Origin: a virus | Taxonomy: Duplodnaviria; Caudoviricetes | Reading direction: 5' to 3' (one strand) | Length of the DNA: 45,620 nt | Virus record (IMG/VR): IMGVR_UViG_3300025429_000002 | Span: 1-45,620 of that record | Part shown: positions 26,984 to 35,994 of the stretch, one piece after another | How positions within the stretch are numbered: the first letter of the stretch is position 1 | Layout of the letters: each line of letters begins with the position of its first letter | Notes under the pieces: model-generated | Told to the model about the DNA's origin: nothing | Database searches by the model: none | The model's input: only the letters and a program-made list of their open reading frames with translations | Made by a program: the position numbers and the translations under genes

Positions 26984-27158
26984 ATTAGCAGATGAATTAA
27001 CAAAACTGTTCAGGGGCGAGGAATATGACAGGCTTGTACATGAAATACCTGATTTGTTACGCCAACAAGCCAAAGAAATAGCAATGCTAAAACAAATTAT
27101 TGACGCAAACAATTTAAAGTCAGATATTGGACAATTAAAGAAAGCGAGTGACAAATGA
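26970..27158 (+). CDS. MTANELAD-type coiled-coil protein, copy 2
   Basis: Paralog of the preceding ORF. Confidence 0.7.
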   Translation: MTANELADELTKLFRGEEYDRLVHEIPDLLRQQAKEIAMLKQIIDANNLKSDIGQLKKASDK

Positions 27159-27409
27159 GTGAACCCATAGCTTGGACTACAGACAAATTAGATACTAATG
27201 AATGGGAAGAAGGAGATTATCAAATTACAGTTACAAAAGAAAAGTGGTCAGAAAAACAAATACCTCTTTACACCCATCCCATTCGTGAACTAACCAATGA
27301 GGAAATAGAATCTGCGTGGTTTAAAGTTTTTAAACCCGAATCTGGAATAGGAAAAAATATAACTAATGGAGTTTACGAGTTTGCAAGATTAATTAGAGAA
27401 AGCGAGTGA
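27155..27409 (+). CDS. EPxAW...PLYT-type small protein, copy 1
   Basis: EPIAW..IPLYTHPIRELTNEEI. Confidence 0.7.
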   Translation: MSEPIAWTTDKLDTNEWEEGDYQITVTKEKWSEKQIPLYTHPIRELTNEEIESAWFKVFKPESGIGKNITNGVYEFARLIRESE

Positions 27410-27412
27410 AAA

Positions 27413-27604
27413 ATGAGAACAATTACAGAACATAATAGCCAAGTACATGAAAAAATAAAAATGGAACGTAAAGCAAATGTGCTATGTGACGATTGCAAAG
27501 TAGAAATGTTTTACAAAGACGTTAATATGGTTTTGGCTTCTTGTCCACCTAAAAAAACTGTTCAATGTCCACAGTGCCATAAACTTGACTACAAAATTAT
27601 ATAA
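27413..27604 (+). CDS. Zn-ribbon protein
   Basis: CDDC..CPQC. Confidence 0.7.
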   Translation: MRTITEHNSQVHEKIKMERKANVLCDDCKVEMFYKDVNMVLASCPPKKTVQCPQCHKLDYKII

Positions 27605-27620
27605 AGAAAGCGAGTGAAGA

Positions 27621-27818
27621 ATGACAAAAGAAATAGTAAATAGGCTTCAATGTAAAAAATGTGACGATGTTATTGAGTCTAAAACTCGGCATGACTTTGT
27701 GTGGTGCAAGTGTAAATCTATTTTTGTTGATGGTGGTAAGGAATACTTTAGGCGTGGTGGTGATCCTAAAGATATGATTGACCTTTCTGTTTATTTAGAT
27801 GATGAAGAAAGTGAGTGA
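27621..27818 (+). CDS. Zn-binding small protein
   Basis: CKKC..IES..HDFVWCKC..VDGG. Confidence 0.75.
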   Translation: MTKEIVNRLQCKKCDDVIESKTRHDFVWCKCKSIFVDGGKEYFRRGGDPKDMIDLSVYLDDEESE

Positions 27819-27821
27819 ACA

Positions 27822-28058
27822 ATGAATCAACCAGTAGCGTGGATTAATGTAGAAGAAAAAAAACTAGAGTGGAATGAACCAATGGTATGGAAAACACCAA
27901 TTACTGTCAAATTAGATAAAATTCCATTGTATACTCGACCAATACGTAAATTAACAGATGAAGAAATATTAAAGATGGCAGCAAATAAGTTTCATTTTTC
28001 TGAATATAAACTAGTAATTCAATTCGCAAAAGACATACTAAAGAAAGCTAAAGAATAG
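27822..28058 (+). CDS. EPxAW...PLYT-type small protein, copy 2
   Basis: QPVAW..IPLYTRPIRKLTDEEI. Confidence 0.7.
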   Translation: MNQPVAWINVEEKKLEWNEPMVWKTPITVKLDKIPLYTRPIRKLTDEEILKMAANKFHFSEYKLVIQFAKDILKKAKE

Positions 28059-29714
28059 ATGGCCAAAAGCATCGTACTTGATATTGAAACAAACATGGCA
28101 CACGATAAGATTTGGTGTTGTGTTACTAAAGATATAGATACTAAATTAATCACTACTTGGTACGAAACTAGCTTCGGGCTGGCAACTTGTTTAAAAGAAG
28201 CAGATAAGATTATTATGCACAATGGTATTAGTTTTGATGCTCCTTTACTAAACAAGTTATGGGGCACAAAAATTAAATTAAGCCAGTGCATAGATACTCT
28301 TTTATTGTCTAGATTAGCCGATCCAGCAAGAGATGGTGGCCACAGTTTAGAAGTTTGGGGTAATCGATTAGGATTTAATAAGATTGAATTTAGCGATTAC
28401 GATGCTGGACTTACTGATGAAATGATTACGTATTGCATTCGTGACGTAGAGCTTACAGAGAGGGTATACAATACTCTTCTTAATGATTTAAGCAAGTTAA
28501 AGATAACTGAGCAAGCAATAAAGATTGAACATGAAGTACAAGCTATCGTTACTGAACAGGAAAGGAATGGGTTTAAACTTGACATACCTTATGCACAGAC
28601 GTTGCTCTGCAACATTAAGACAGAAATGTCGCAAATTGAAGAATCGCTACAGGAAATCTTCCCTCCGATCACGACTGAACGGATTTCTGAGAAGACTGGA
28701 AAAAGACTCAAAGACAATGTTGAATTTTTTAATGTTGGGTCGAGGCAACAGATTGCGAAGCGTCTTATATCGAAGGGATGGAAGCCTGAAAAGACTACCG
28801 ATAAGGGCCAGATCATTGTTGATGAAACGACGCTTGAGGATTTGGATATCCCAGAGGCAAAGCCTATTGCGAAGTATTTGATGTTACAAAAGAGAGCAGC
28901 ACAATTAAACAGTTGGTTAGATAACGTAAAAGAAGATGGGAGAGTACATGGAAGGGTTATTACTATGGGTGCTGTTACTGGTAGAGCTACTCACTCTAGC
29001 CCTAATATGGCACAAGTGCCGGCAGTTAGGGCACCATTGGGCAAGGAATTCCGTTCATGTTGGACGGTTGATCAGGGAAATGTGCTCGTTGGCTGTGATT
29101 TGTCTGGGATTGAACTTAGGTGCTTTGCTCATTACCTTAATGATAAGGACTATATAAATGAAGTTGTCAACGGTGATGTCCATACAAGAAATCAGAAAGC
29201 ATTTGGAGTTGAGACGAGAGACCTCGCTAAAACAGTACTCTACGCTACTCTCTACGGTGCTTCTCCAGTCAAAATTGCAAAGATTGTGGGTCTTAGTCCG
29301 AAAGAGGGAAAAGCCATTATTGATCGCTTCCAGTCGGAAGTGCCTTCCTATCTTGCACTCAAACAGAAAGTGGAGACATTTTGTGAAAAAGGGTCGCTAC
29401 CAGGGCTTGGGGGTTATCGACTTCAAATCAGGTCGGCTCATTCAGCACTCAATACGTTATTACAATCAGCCGGAGCTATTATCAGTAAGGTCTGGCTTAT
29501 ACAAATTAAGAAGTTATTGACAGAAGCTAAAGTAAAGTATAAGCTTGTTGCTTGGGTCCACGATGAAGTGCAGATCGAGACACCTGAGCAGTATGGTGAC
29601 ATAGTGGGTGAGCTTTGTGTAAAAGCTGCTGCCCAAGCAGGAGAAATATTACAGTTCCGTTGTTCAGTCGGGGCTGAGTATGGTATAGCAAAAAACTGGG
29701 CAGGATCTCATTAA
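28059..29714 (+). CDS. polA: Family A DNA polymerase (T7-like, with 3'-5' exonuclease)
   Basis: Exo DIET/HNGISFD; motif A DLSGIELR, motif B KTVLYATLYG, motif C VHDE. Confidence 0.96.
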   Translation: MAKSIVLDIETNMAHDKIWCCVTKDIDTKLITTWYETSFGLATCLKEADKIIMHNGISFDAPLLNKLWGTKIKLSQCIDTLLLSRLADPARDGGHSLEVWGNRLGFNKIEFSDYDAGLTDEMITYCIRDVELTERVYNTLLNDLSKLKITEQAIKIEHEVQAIVTEQERNGFKLDIPYAQTLLCNIKTEMSQIEESLQEIFPPITTERISEKTGKRLKDNVEFFNVGSRQQIAKRLISKGWKPEKTTDKGQIIVDETTLEDLDIPEAKPIAKYLMLQKRAAQLNSWLDNVKEDGRVHGRVITMGAVTGRATHSSPNMAQVPAVRAPLGKEFRSCWTVDQGNVLVGCDLSGIELRCFAHYLNDKDYINEVVNGDVHTRNQKAFGVETRDLAKTVLYATLYGASPVKIAKIVGLSPKEGKAIIDRFQSEVPSYLALKQKVETFCEKGSLPGLGGYRLQIRSAHSALNTLLQSAGAIISKVWLIQIKKLLTEAKVKYKLVAWVHDEVQIETPEQYGDIVGELCVKAAAQAGEILQFRCSVGAEYGIAKNWAGSH

Positions 29715-29715
29715 T

Positions 29716-29726
29716 TGTGGTATAAT
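29716..29726 (+). promoter_or_regulatory. Extended -10 promoter
   Basis: TGTGGTATAAT in the gap after polA; no clear -35. Confidence 0.55.
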
Positions 29727-29753
29727 AACAACTCAACTTTAGAAAGGCATTAA

Positions 29754-29954
29754 ATGATTAATTTAAATTTAACAATCCAAGAAATTGAAACAGTTTTAAA
29801 ACATATTGAACAATCTGCAGTCAGTTTGATTGATAAAATTCGTGGTCAAGCACACCCACAAGTTCAATCACTTGTAACACCAGAAACAGACCCAACAGCA
29901 ACTCCAGTAGCAACTCTAGTAACTTCAACAACAACTTCAGCAGTAACAAACTAA
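29754..29954 (+). CDS. Small protein with T/P-rich tail
   Basis: MINLNLTIQEIETVL..LIDKIRGQAHPQV; AAGG RBS. Confidence 0.65.
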   Translation: MINLNLTIQEIETVLKHIEQSAVSLIDKIRGQAHPQVQSLVTPETDPTATPVATLVTSTTTSAVTN

Positions 29955-29977
29955 ATTAAACTAAACAGGGAGGTAGT

Positions 29978-30388
29978 ATGAGTACAGGTAAATCAGTATC
30001 GATTCAAGCAGATTTGTATTGGGCAGCACTTAAAGAAAAGAACACAATGAGTGGTAAGTATCAAGTTGATTTGTGTAATTTATCTGATAAAGACGTAGAA
30101 GCGTTAACAACTCTGGGTTTGAAAGTCAATAATAAACCCAACAAACCTGAACAAGGAAATTACATTACAGCAAAAAGCAATTATGAAATTGTTGCTTATG
30201 ACGCTGAGGGTAATGAAATTGCTCCGGACTTCCGTATTGCCAATGGTAGCAAAGCAAAAGTAATTGTTAGCTCTTATGCTTTCCCTAAACCCTATGCCGG
30301 CTTCGGGGCAAGCATTAAGAAATTAGTAGTTACACAACCAATTGAATATAAGGCCTCACTAGCTGAACTTGAGGACGATATTCTTTAA
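29978..30388 (+). CDS. Single-stranded DNA-binding protein (T7 gp2.5-like)
   Basis: GKYQVDL..IANGSK OB-fold pattern, acidic C-terminus, in the replication module. Confidence 0.75.
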   Translation: MSTGKSVSIQADLYWAALKEKNTMSGKYQVDLCNLSDKDVEALTTLGLKVNNKPNKPEQGNYITAKSNYEIVAYDAEGNEIAPDFRIANGSKAKVIVSSYAFPKPYAGFGASIKKLVVTQPIEYKASLAELEDDIL

Positions 30389-31185
30389 TGCGTGTACTTA
30401 TCGATGGTGACATTATTTGTTACAGGATTGGTTTTTCTACTCAGGACGAAAGTGAATCCATCGCTATTGCAAGAACTGCAACTTTTGTAGAAACACTGCT
30501 TTGGGAGGACTTACAAGCTTTATTTGAAATAAAGTCCTACCAAGGCTACTTAACAGGGAAAACAAATTTTAGAAATGAAATAGCTGTTACTGCTCCTTAC
30601 AAGGGAAACAGAACATCAGCTAAACCTAAACACTTAGAAATTATTCGTGAATATTTATCTAAGGCTTGGGATTTCATGATCTCTGAAAACGAAGAAGCAG
30701 ATGATTGTATAGCAATAGACCATGTAGAAAATAAGTTTAAATCAGTAATAGCAAGTATCGACAAAGATTTTATGCAACTTAAAGGTAAACATTGGAACTT
30801 TGTCAAAAAAGAAATGACTTACGTATCAGAAGAGCAGTCCTTATTAAACTTTTACTTACAGGTACTCACAGGTGACAGAACAGATAACATCATTGGTCTC
30901 AAAGGCGTCGGTCCTGTTAAAGCTAATAAGATCCTCGAATCCTATACAAGTGCAACAGAAATGTATATTGCTTGTGTTGAAGCTTACGGAGGAGCAGAAG
31001 AAAGAGTTATTGAAAACGCAAGACTCCTTTACCTTAGAAGGAAAGTAGGAGAAATTTGGCAACCACCAACGAAAGAGATAGATGGAAATTATATTGGACT
31101 TAGACAAGCTTCAGGATGCCCCGATTGTAAAGATAACGTGGGTGGATGCACAAACCAGTGCGGGATGGGACAAACCAAAGGTTGA
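30388..31185 (+). CDS. 5'-3' exonuclease (T7 gp6-like)
   Basis: LIDGD, NFR..YKGNR, EADD, SIDKD, GDRTDNI.GL.GVG. Confidence 0.92.
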   Translation: MRVLIDGDIICYRIGFSTQDESESIAIARTATFVETLLWEDLQALFEIKSYQGYLTGKTNFRNEIAVTAPYKGNRTSAKPKHLEIIREYLSKAWDFMISENEEADDCIAIDHVENKFKSVIASIDKDFMQLKGKHWNFVKKEMTYVSEEQSLLNFYLQVLTGDRTDNIIGLKGVGPVKANKILESYTSATEMYIACVEAYGGAEERVIENARLLYLRRKVGEIWQPPTKEIDGNYIGLRQASGCPDCKDNVGGCTNQCGMGQTKG

Positions 31186-31426
31186 CCTTGCAACATGTAT
31201 TACAGTAGGCTTTTTAGTATCAGAAACAGAGGAAGGTATTTGTGTGGCCGGTACAGTATCAGATGGAATGTGTAACAACACCATGTCAATACCACGTACT
31301 TGGATTATTGATCAACAATTAGAGGAATCAGATGAAACCCCAGTCCGCAAAGCAAAAGGGAAGACTTCTACAGCAAAAAGTAAGAGACGGAATATTAAAA
31401 AATTATCCGCAACTCGAACCAGATGA
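31082..31426 (+). CDS. Phage hypothetical protein
   Basis: ITWVDA...GW..CITVGFLV..IP pattern. Confidence 0.65.
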   Translation: MEIILDLDKLQDAPIVKITWVDAQTSAGWDKPKVDLATCITVGFLVSETEEGICVAGTVSDGMCNNTMSIPRTWIIDQQLEESDETPVRKAKGKTSTAKSKRRNIKKLSATRTR

Positions 31427-31670
31427 TGTAAGAAGCACTTCAATGGGTGCTGGTGGTACCGATGTACAGTTAAGTCCTGCAGCAAAAAGATTATTCCCAT
31501 ATGAAATTGAGTGCAAGAATTTAGCTAAAGTTAGTGTATACAAGTTTTATGAGCAAGCAAAGACACATGGTAAAGCTGAACCGTTAGTTGTTGTAAAACA
31601 AAATAATAGTAAGCCTCTAGCCATTGTAGATTTAGAACACTTTTTAAACTTAGTAAAGGAAAGTAAATGA
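31332..31670 (+). CDS. PD-(D/E)xK Holliday junction resolvase-like nuclease
   Basis: KQKGR.LQ..G.D..EIECKN..QA. Confidence 0.8.
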   Translation: MKPQSAKQKGRLLQQKVRDGILKNYPQLEPDDVRSTSMGAGGTDVQLSPAAKRLFPYEIECKNLAKVSVYKFYEQAKTHGKAEPLVVVKQNNSKPLAIVDLEHFLNLVKESK

Positions 31671-31885
31671 TAGTAGAAAAGTTAATTGAACATGCTGATG
31701 GTTCTGCAACAGTAATTATTGAAATGGATGAAAAAGAAAAGGAAGCACTTATTGAAGAAGGTTTTGTTTCTATGTTAAAGAAAAGCATTGAGCATTTTAA
31801 AGAAACATGTCCAGATGCTACTAAATACAAAGAAGAAAACCCTTTAAAGAAACAAAATAAGAGAAAGACTAAGAAAAATGTATAA
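31667..31885 (+). CDS. Hypothetical protein
   Basis: EHADGSAT motif; ATGA overlap. Confidence 0.65.
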   Translation: MIVEKLIEHADGSATVIIEMDEKEKEALIEEGFVSMLKKSIEHFKETCPDATKYKEENPLKKQNKRKTKKNV

Positions 31886-32144
31886 GTTTATTTTTGAAGA
31901 AGATTTAGACAATCAAGATCCTAAATATCCAAGACGTATTGAAATGCAGTTTGAGGACAATACAACTTGGGATGATTTATTACATGGCTTTACTTATTTT
32001 TTAAGAGCTAATGGATTTATGTTTCCTAACGATGTTGAAGCAACAATCATTGACAATACCACTGGCGAAGATTTAGGATTAAAAGCTAGATTTTTTAAAG
32101 ATGAATACTTAACTGAGGAAGATGATGAAGATACTTCTTCTTGA
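31878..32144 (+). CDS. Acidic hypothetical protein
   Basis: TWDDLL..F..FLRANGF. Confidence 0.65.
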   Translation: MYKFIFEEDLDNQDPKYPRRIEMQFEDNTTWDDLLHGFTYFLRANGFMFPNDVEATIIDNTTGEDLGLKARFFKDEYLTEEDDEDTSS

Positions 32145-32862
32145 TATTGAGTCTTCACCAAACACAGCACACGTTTGGGGTCTCTGGCAGCAGAATGTAG
32201 GTATTAAACAGATCATGGAATCCTCTTATGTCCTTTGTTGGGCTGCTAAGTGGTTAGATGATAAAGAAATTATGTTTGATTCTGTACACCAATCTACTGC
32301 TAAGACTATGCTAAAGTCTATCCATAAGCTAATCAGCGAAGCAGATGCTGTGGTCCACTACAATGGTACCAAGTTTGACATGCCAACACTCAACAAAGAG
32401 TTTTTATTGCATGGTTTAAATCCTCCAGCACCTTACAAGCAAATTGATCTACTCAGAACAATGCGTAGCCAGTTCCGCTTCCCTAGTAATAAGCTAGACT
32501 ATGTAGCACAACGTCTTGGACTTGGTTCTAAAACAGAACACGAAGGCCATGAATTATGGGTTAAATGTATGAATGGAGATAAAGATGCTTGGAAAAAAAT
32601 GGAGAAGTATAACAAACAGGATGTCATTCTTTTGGAAATGGTTTATCAACGAGTTCTTCCTTGGATTAAGCTTCATCCTAATCGTAATCTCTTTAGTGAT
32701 AGACCGTGCTGCCATATTTGTGGTGAAGAAAACCTTAAAAAGCGTGGGACGGCTATTAGTTCAACAGGGACTTACCAACGATACCAATGCGGTAGCTGTG
32801 GTTCTTGGTCACAAAGCACAAAATCTACAAAAACTTCAGTAGAAATTAAAGGGGTAGTATAA
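32122..32862 (+). CDS. RNase H-like (DEDD/YprB-type) exonuclease with C-terminal Zn ribbon
   Basis: LDIES, HYNGTKFD, SNKLDY, YNKQDV, CHIC..CGSC. Confidence 0.85.
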   Translation: MMKILLLDIESSPNTAHVWGLWQQNVGIKQIMESSYVLCWAAKWLDDKEIMFDSVHQSTAKTMLKSIHKLISEADAVVHYNGTKFDMPTLNKEFLLHGLNPPAPYKQIDLLRTMRSQFRFPSNKLDYVAQRLGLGSKTEHEGHELWVKCMNGDKDAWKKMEKYNKQDVILLEMVYQRVLPWIKLHPNRNLFSDRPCCHICGEENLKKRGTAISSTGTYQRYQCGSCGSWSQSTKSTKTSVEIKGVV

Positions 32863-33155
32863 TGCCTTTATGCAATATTCATAATAAAGATTACCACACA
32901 ATGTGTGTACAATGTGCTTTAGACGATATTAAACCTAAAGATGTAATAAATAAACCTGAGCATTATAATAAAGGTGGTGTAGAATGTATTGACGCTATTA
33001 CTGAAGCAGTAAAGGGTTTAGTGGGTATAGAGGCCGTGTGCATTGCCAATGTTATTAAGTATCTGTGGCGTTGGAAAACAAAGAATGGCCTTGAAGATTT
33101 AAAGAAAGCACAATGGTATTTACAAAGGTTAATAAATGTCGTTGACACTAAATGA
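32862..33155 (+). CDS. DUF3310 (T7 gp1.7-related) protein
   Basis: INKPEHY..ECID..NVIKYLWR..KNGLEDLKKAQWYL. Confidence 0.85.
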   Translation: MPLCNIHNKDYHTMCVQCALDDIKPKDVINKPEHYNKGGVECIDAITEAVKGLVGIEAVCIANVIKYLWRWKTKNGLEDLKKAQWYLQRLINVVDTK

Positions 33156-33291
33156 AATCTGTGAAAGATTAAAGTCTTTAGGGGAAGTTGATCTCCTAGA
33201 GTTGTTAAACATTAACTCGGAGGATATTGTAGAAAGATTTAAAGACATCATTGAAGATAACGCCGACCAATTAGAAAGAGAAATTGAATGA
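33136..33291 (+). CDS. 51-aa acidic protein
   Basis: Manual translation MSLTLNEICERLKSLGEVDLLELLNINSEDIVERFKDIIEDNADQLEREIE. Confidence 0.7.
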   Translation: MSLTLNEICERLKSLGEVDLLELLNINSEDIVERFKDIIEDNADQLEREIE

Positions 33292-33506
33292 GTAAAGGTA
33301 AAATAGATATGGGTGAACCTATCAAAGACGAAATACCAGGATTGCTGGATTTCTTTGCAACAAGTATTGCTTCTGGTGCTATCGCTTCCACTGGTGTACC
33401 AGATGCTGGTAATATCGATGATTTTATGGAATACATTGCAGAATTTAGCTACAAAATGGCTAGAGCATTATATTCAGAGAAATATAAAAACCAATTAAAA
33501 CATTAA
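33288..33506 (+). CDS. Hypothetical protein
   Basis: LLDFFA..A..SYKMA pattern; ATGA overlap. Confidence 0.6.
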   Translation: MSKGKIDMGEPIKDEIPGLLDFFATSIASGAIASTGVPDAGNIDDFMEYIAEFSYKMARALYSEKYKNQLKH

Positions 33507-33522
33507 CCAACAAGGATTTTGA

Positions 33523-35430
33523 ATGAGTACATATGTAATGACACCTTATAACGAGTTTATTTCCAAGAGTCGCTACTCTCGTTATCTTGACGACAAAGGT
33601 CGTAGGGAACATTGGAGTGAAACTGTAAAGCGTTACTTTGACTTTATGGAGAAACATTTACAAGCTAACAAAAACTATACATTAACTAAAGAATTACGCA
33701 GTGAATTAGAAACAGCAGTAAACAATTTAGAAGTAGTACCATCAATGCGAGCTATTATGACTGCAGGGCCTGCTCTTGAGCGTCAGAATGTAGCAGCATT
33801 TAATTGTAGTTACTTACCCATCGATGACCCTAAATCATTTGATGAAGCAATGTACATCCTTCTCTGTGGTACTGGAGTGGGCTTCTCAGTGGAGCAACAG
33901 TATGTTAATAAATTACCTGAAGTACCGGATCAGTTGTTTAATAGTTCGACTACTATTGTGGTTTCAGATTCTAAAGAAGGATGGGCTAAATCTCTTAGAC
34001 AGCTCATTGCTCTTTTGTATTCTGGTGAAATTCCAAAGTTTGACTTGTCAAAAGTACGTCCTTCCGGAGCAAGACTTAAAACATTTGGTGGACGAGCAAG
34101 CGGTCCTAAGCCACTTGAAGACTTATTCAAATTCACTATCACCAAGTTCAAACTTTCCGCTGGTCGCCGTTTATCATCGCTGGAATGTCATGACATACTA
34201 TGTAAAATCGGGGAAGTTGTTGTCGTGGGAGGTGTTAGAAGGTCGGCAATGATTAGCTTGTCTGACTTAGCTGATGACCGTATGGCACATGCTAAGGCCG
34301 GTAACTGGTGGGAAGCACAAGCACAAAGAGCACTGGCTAACAACTCCGCAGTATATGAGGAAAAGCCCACAATTGGACAATTCATGCGTGAATGGTCATC
34401 TATTTATGAATCACATTCAGGTGAGAGAGGAATTTTTAGTCGATATGCGTCAGCGTTACAAGCGAAGAAGAATGGCAGACGTGATGCCGAGCAAGAGTTT
34501 GGAACGAACCCGTGTTCAGAAATTATCTTACGTCCTTACCAGTTCTGTAACCTTAGTTCCTGTATTATTCGTTCTGATGACACTATGGAGTCTCTCAAAA
34601 CTAAAATCCGTTTGGCAACGATTCTGGGTACCTTCCAAGCCACGTTAACAAACTTCCCATACCTACGTAAGGTCTGGCAACGTAACACCGAAGAAGAGGC
34701 GTTATTAGGTGTTTCTATGACTGGTATCTTGGATAATGCTTTATTGAACAATCCTGATGATGTTGAACTACCTGCTAAATTGGAGGCTTTACGTGACATT
34801 TCTATTGCAACTAATGCTGAGTTTGCTTCTGCTGTGGGTATTAATCAATCCGTCGCCATTACTGCGATTAAGCCCGAGGGTACGGTCAGTCAGTTATGTT
34901 CTACTGCTAGTGGTATTCATCCTCAACATTCTAAATATTATATTCGTACTGTTCGAGGCGATAATAAAGATCCTCTCACACAGTTTATGATCAATGCTGG
35001 TTTTGAAGCTGAACCTTGCTTTATGAAACCAGATACAACTACAATATTTAGCTTTCCCGTGAAAGTTGCTGATGGTGCTTTATTACGTGAAGAGTTAACT
35101 GCTATTCAACATTTAAAATTGTGGTTAATCTATCAACGTCATTACTGTGAACACAAGCCGTCTGTAACGATTTCTGTTAGAGAACATGAATGGATGGAAG
35201 TAGGTGCGTTTGTGTATGAGTACTTTGATGAGATTACAGGAGTATCTTTCCTGCCTTATGATGGTGGAACATACAAGCAAGCACCGTATCAAGAGTGTAC
35301 TGAAGAAGAGTATGAGGCCCTCAAAGCAAAGATTCCTACAGGTATCGATTGGGATAATTTCTTAGAGTTTGATGACAACGTAGAAGGTGCACAGATGTTA
35401 GCGTGTACTGCAGGAGCATGTGAAATATGA
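33523..35430 (+). CDS. nrdJ: Class II (B12-dependent) ribonucleotide reductase
   Basis: PSMRA, FNC, VRRSAMI, TNPCSEI, QFCNL, IKPEGT, C-terminal CTAGACEI; no beta-subunit gene. Confidence 0.93.
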   Translation: MSTYVMTPYNEFISKSRYSRYLDDKGRREHWSETVKRYFDFMEKHLQANKNYTLTKELRSELETAVNNLEVVPSMRAIMTAGPALERQNVAAFNCSYLPIDDPKSFDEAMYILLCGTGVGFSVEQQYVNKLPEVPDQLFNSSTTIVVSDSKEGWAKSLRQLIALLYSGEIPKFDLSKVRPSGARLKTFGGRASGPKPLEDLFKFTITKFKLSAGRRLSSLECHDILCKIGEVVVVGGVRRSAMISLSDLADDRMAHAKAGNWWEAQAQRALANNSAVYEEKPTIGQFMREWSSIYESHSGERGIFSRYASALQAKKNGRRDAEQEFGTNPCSEIILRPYQFCNLSSCIIRSDDTMESLKTKIRLATILGTFQATLTNFPYLRKVWQRNTEEEALLGVSMTGILDNALLNNPDDVELPAKLEALRDISIATNAEFASAVGINQSVAITAIKPEGTVSQLCSTASGIHPQHSKYYIRTVRGDNKDPLTQFMINAGFEAEPCFMKPDTTTIFSFPVKVADGALLREELTAIQHLKLWLIYQRHYCEHKPSVTISVREHEWMEVGAFVYEYFDEITGVSFLPYDGGTYKQAPYQECTEEEYEALKAKIPTGIDWDNFLEFDDNVEGAQMLACTAGACEI

Positions 35431-35699
35431 GCACTAAAGAAGAGTTTATTGAAGGTATGAAGTTGTTAAACAAAGCGTTAAACATTGCTGATGATTGTCA
35501 GCCAGTGTTGGCTAAGTTTTTAATGGAACAGCCTAAGCAACTAATGGTTATGGACAATCTTGATTGGATTGCCTGTGATGAGAATGTACGGTTAATTATT
35601 AAGCCAGTACAAGAATTATTACAGCAAGTAATTGACACTCCGTTCTTCAAAGAATTAGCTGAAGATAAAATTAGTCAAATATCTAGTTTATTAATTTAA
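35427..35699 (+). CDS. Hypothetical protein
   Basis: AGGAG RBS, ATGA overlap. Confidence 0.65.
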   Translation: MSTKEEFIEGMKLLNKALNIADDCQPVLAKFLMEQPKQLMVMDNLDWIACDENVRLIIKPVQELLQQVIDTPFFKELAEDKISQISSLLI

Positions 35700-35720
35700 G
35701 GTTTGATGTTGGTACTTTAT

Positions 35721-35746
35721 GGCCTCTCTTCGGAGAGGTCTTTTTT
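35721..35746 (+). terminator. Intrinsic terminator of the plus arm
   Basis: GGCCTCTC-TTCG-GAGAGGTC-TTTTTT. Confidence 0.9.
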
Positions 35747-35752
35747 ATTGGT

Positions 35753-35842
35753 GATGGGGACACAAGCTCGCCTGCCAATTCGTTGATGCCCTAGATAGAA
35801 ACCCGAAAAATCACTAGGTTCTTGATACCCATCTGTCGGGTT
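35753..35842 (-). ncRNA. Candidate pseudoknotted RNA
   Basis: Nested stems GAUGGG/CCCAUC, CAAG/CUUG, CCUAG/CUAGG plus crossing helix AACCCGA/UCGGGUU; strand inferred from operon direction. Confidence 0.5.
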
Positions 35843-35844
35843 AA

Positions 35845-35994
35845 CTACTTTTTAGCAGTCTTAGCTGACTGTTTAAATGCCTTAGCAGTTGGTGCACCTT
35901 TACTACCTACTTTACGCATTTTCTCTCCGGATCCTTTTTTAATCCGTTCCTTCTTTGCATGAATGTTTGCATACAATCCAGGCTTAGTTGCCAT
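35845..35994 (-). CDS. 49-aa basic protein
   Basis: MATKPGLYANIHAKKERIKKGSGEKMRKVGVKGAPTAKAFKQSAKTAKK. Confidence 0.75.
   Translation of the reverse strand: MATKPGLYANIHAKKERIKKGSGEKMRKVGSKGAPTAKAFKQSAKTAKK

Larger units (their letters stand above)
27139..27818 (+). repeat. Four copies of junction motif AGAAAGYGAGTGA-N3-ATG
   Basis: 27139-51, 27397-409, 27605-17, 27806-18. Confidence 0.88.

Noticed and set aside
27139-27818. Integron attC sites or CRISPR repeats
   Set aside because: No palindromic attC structure and no integrase; the intervals are whole genes
35783-35810. Hammerhead ribozyme on the plus strand (TTGATG..GAAA)
   Set aside because: The CUGANGA core is not matched and the stems do not fit the topology
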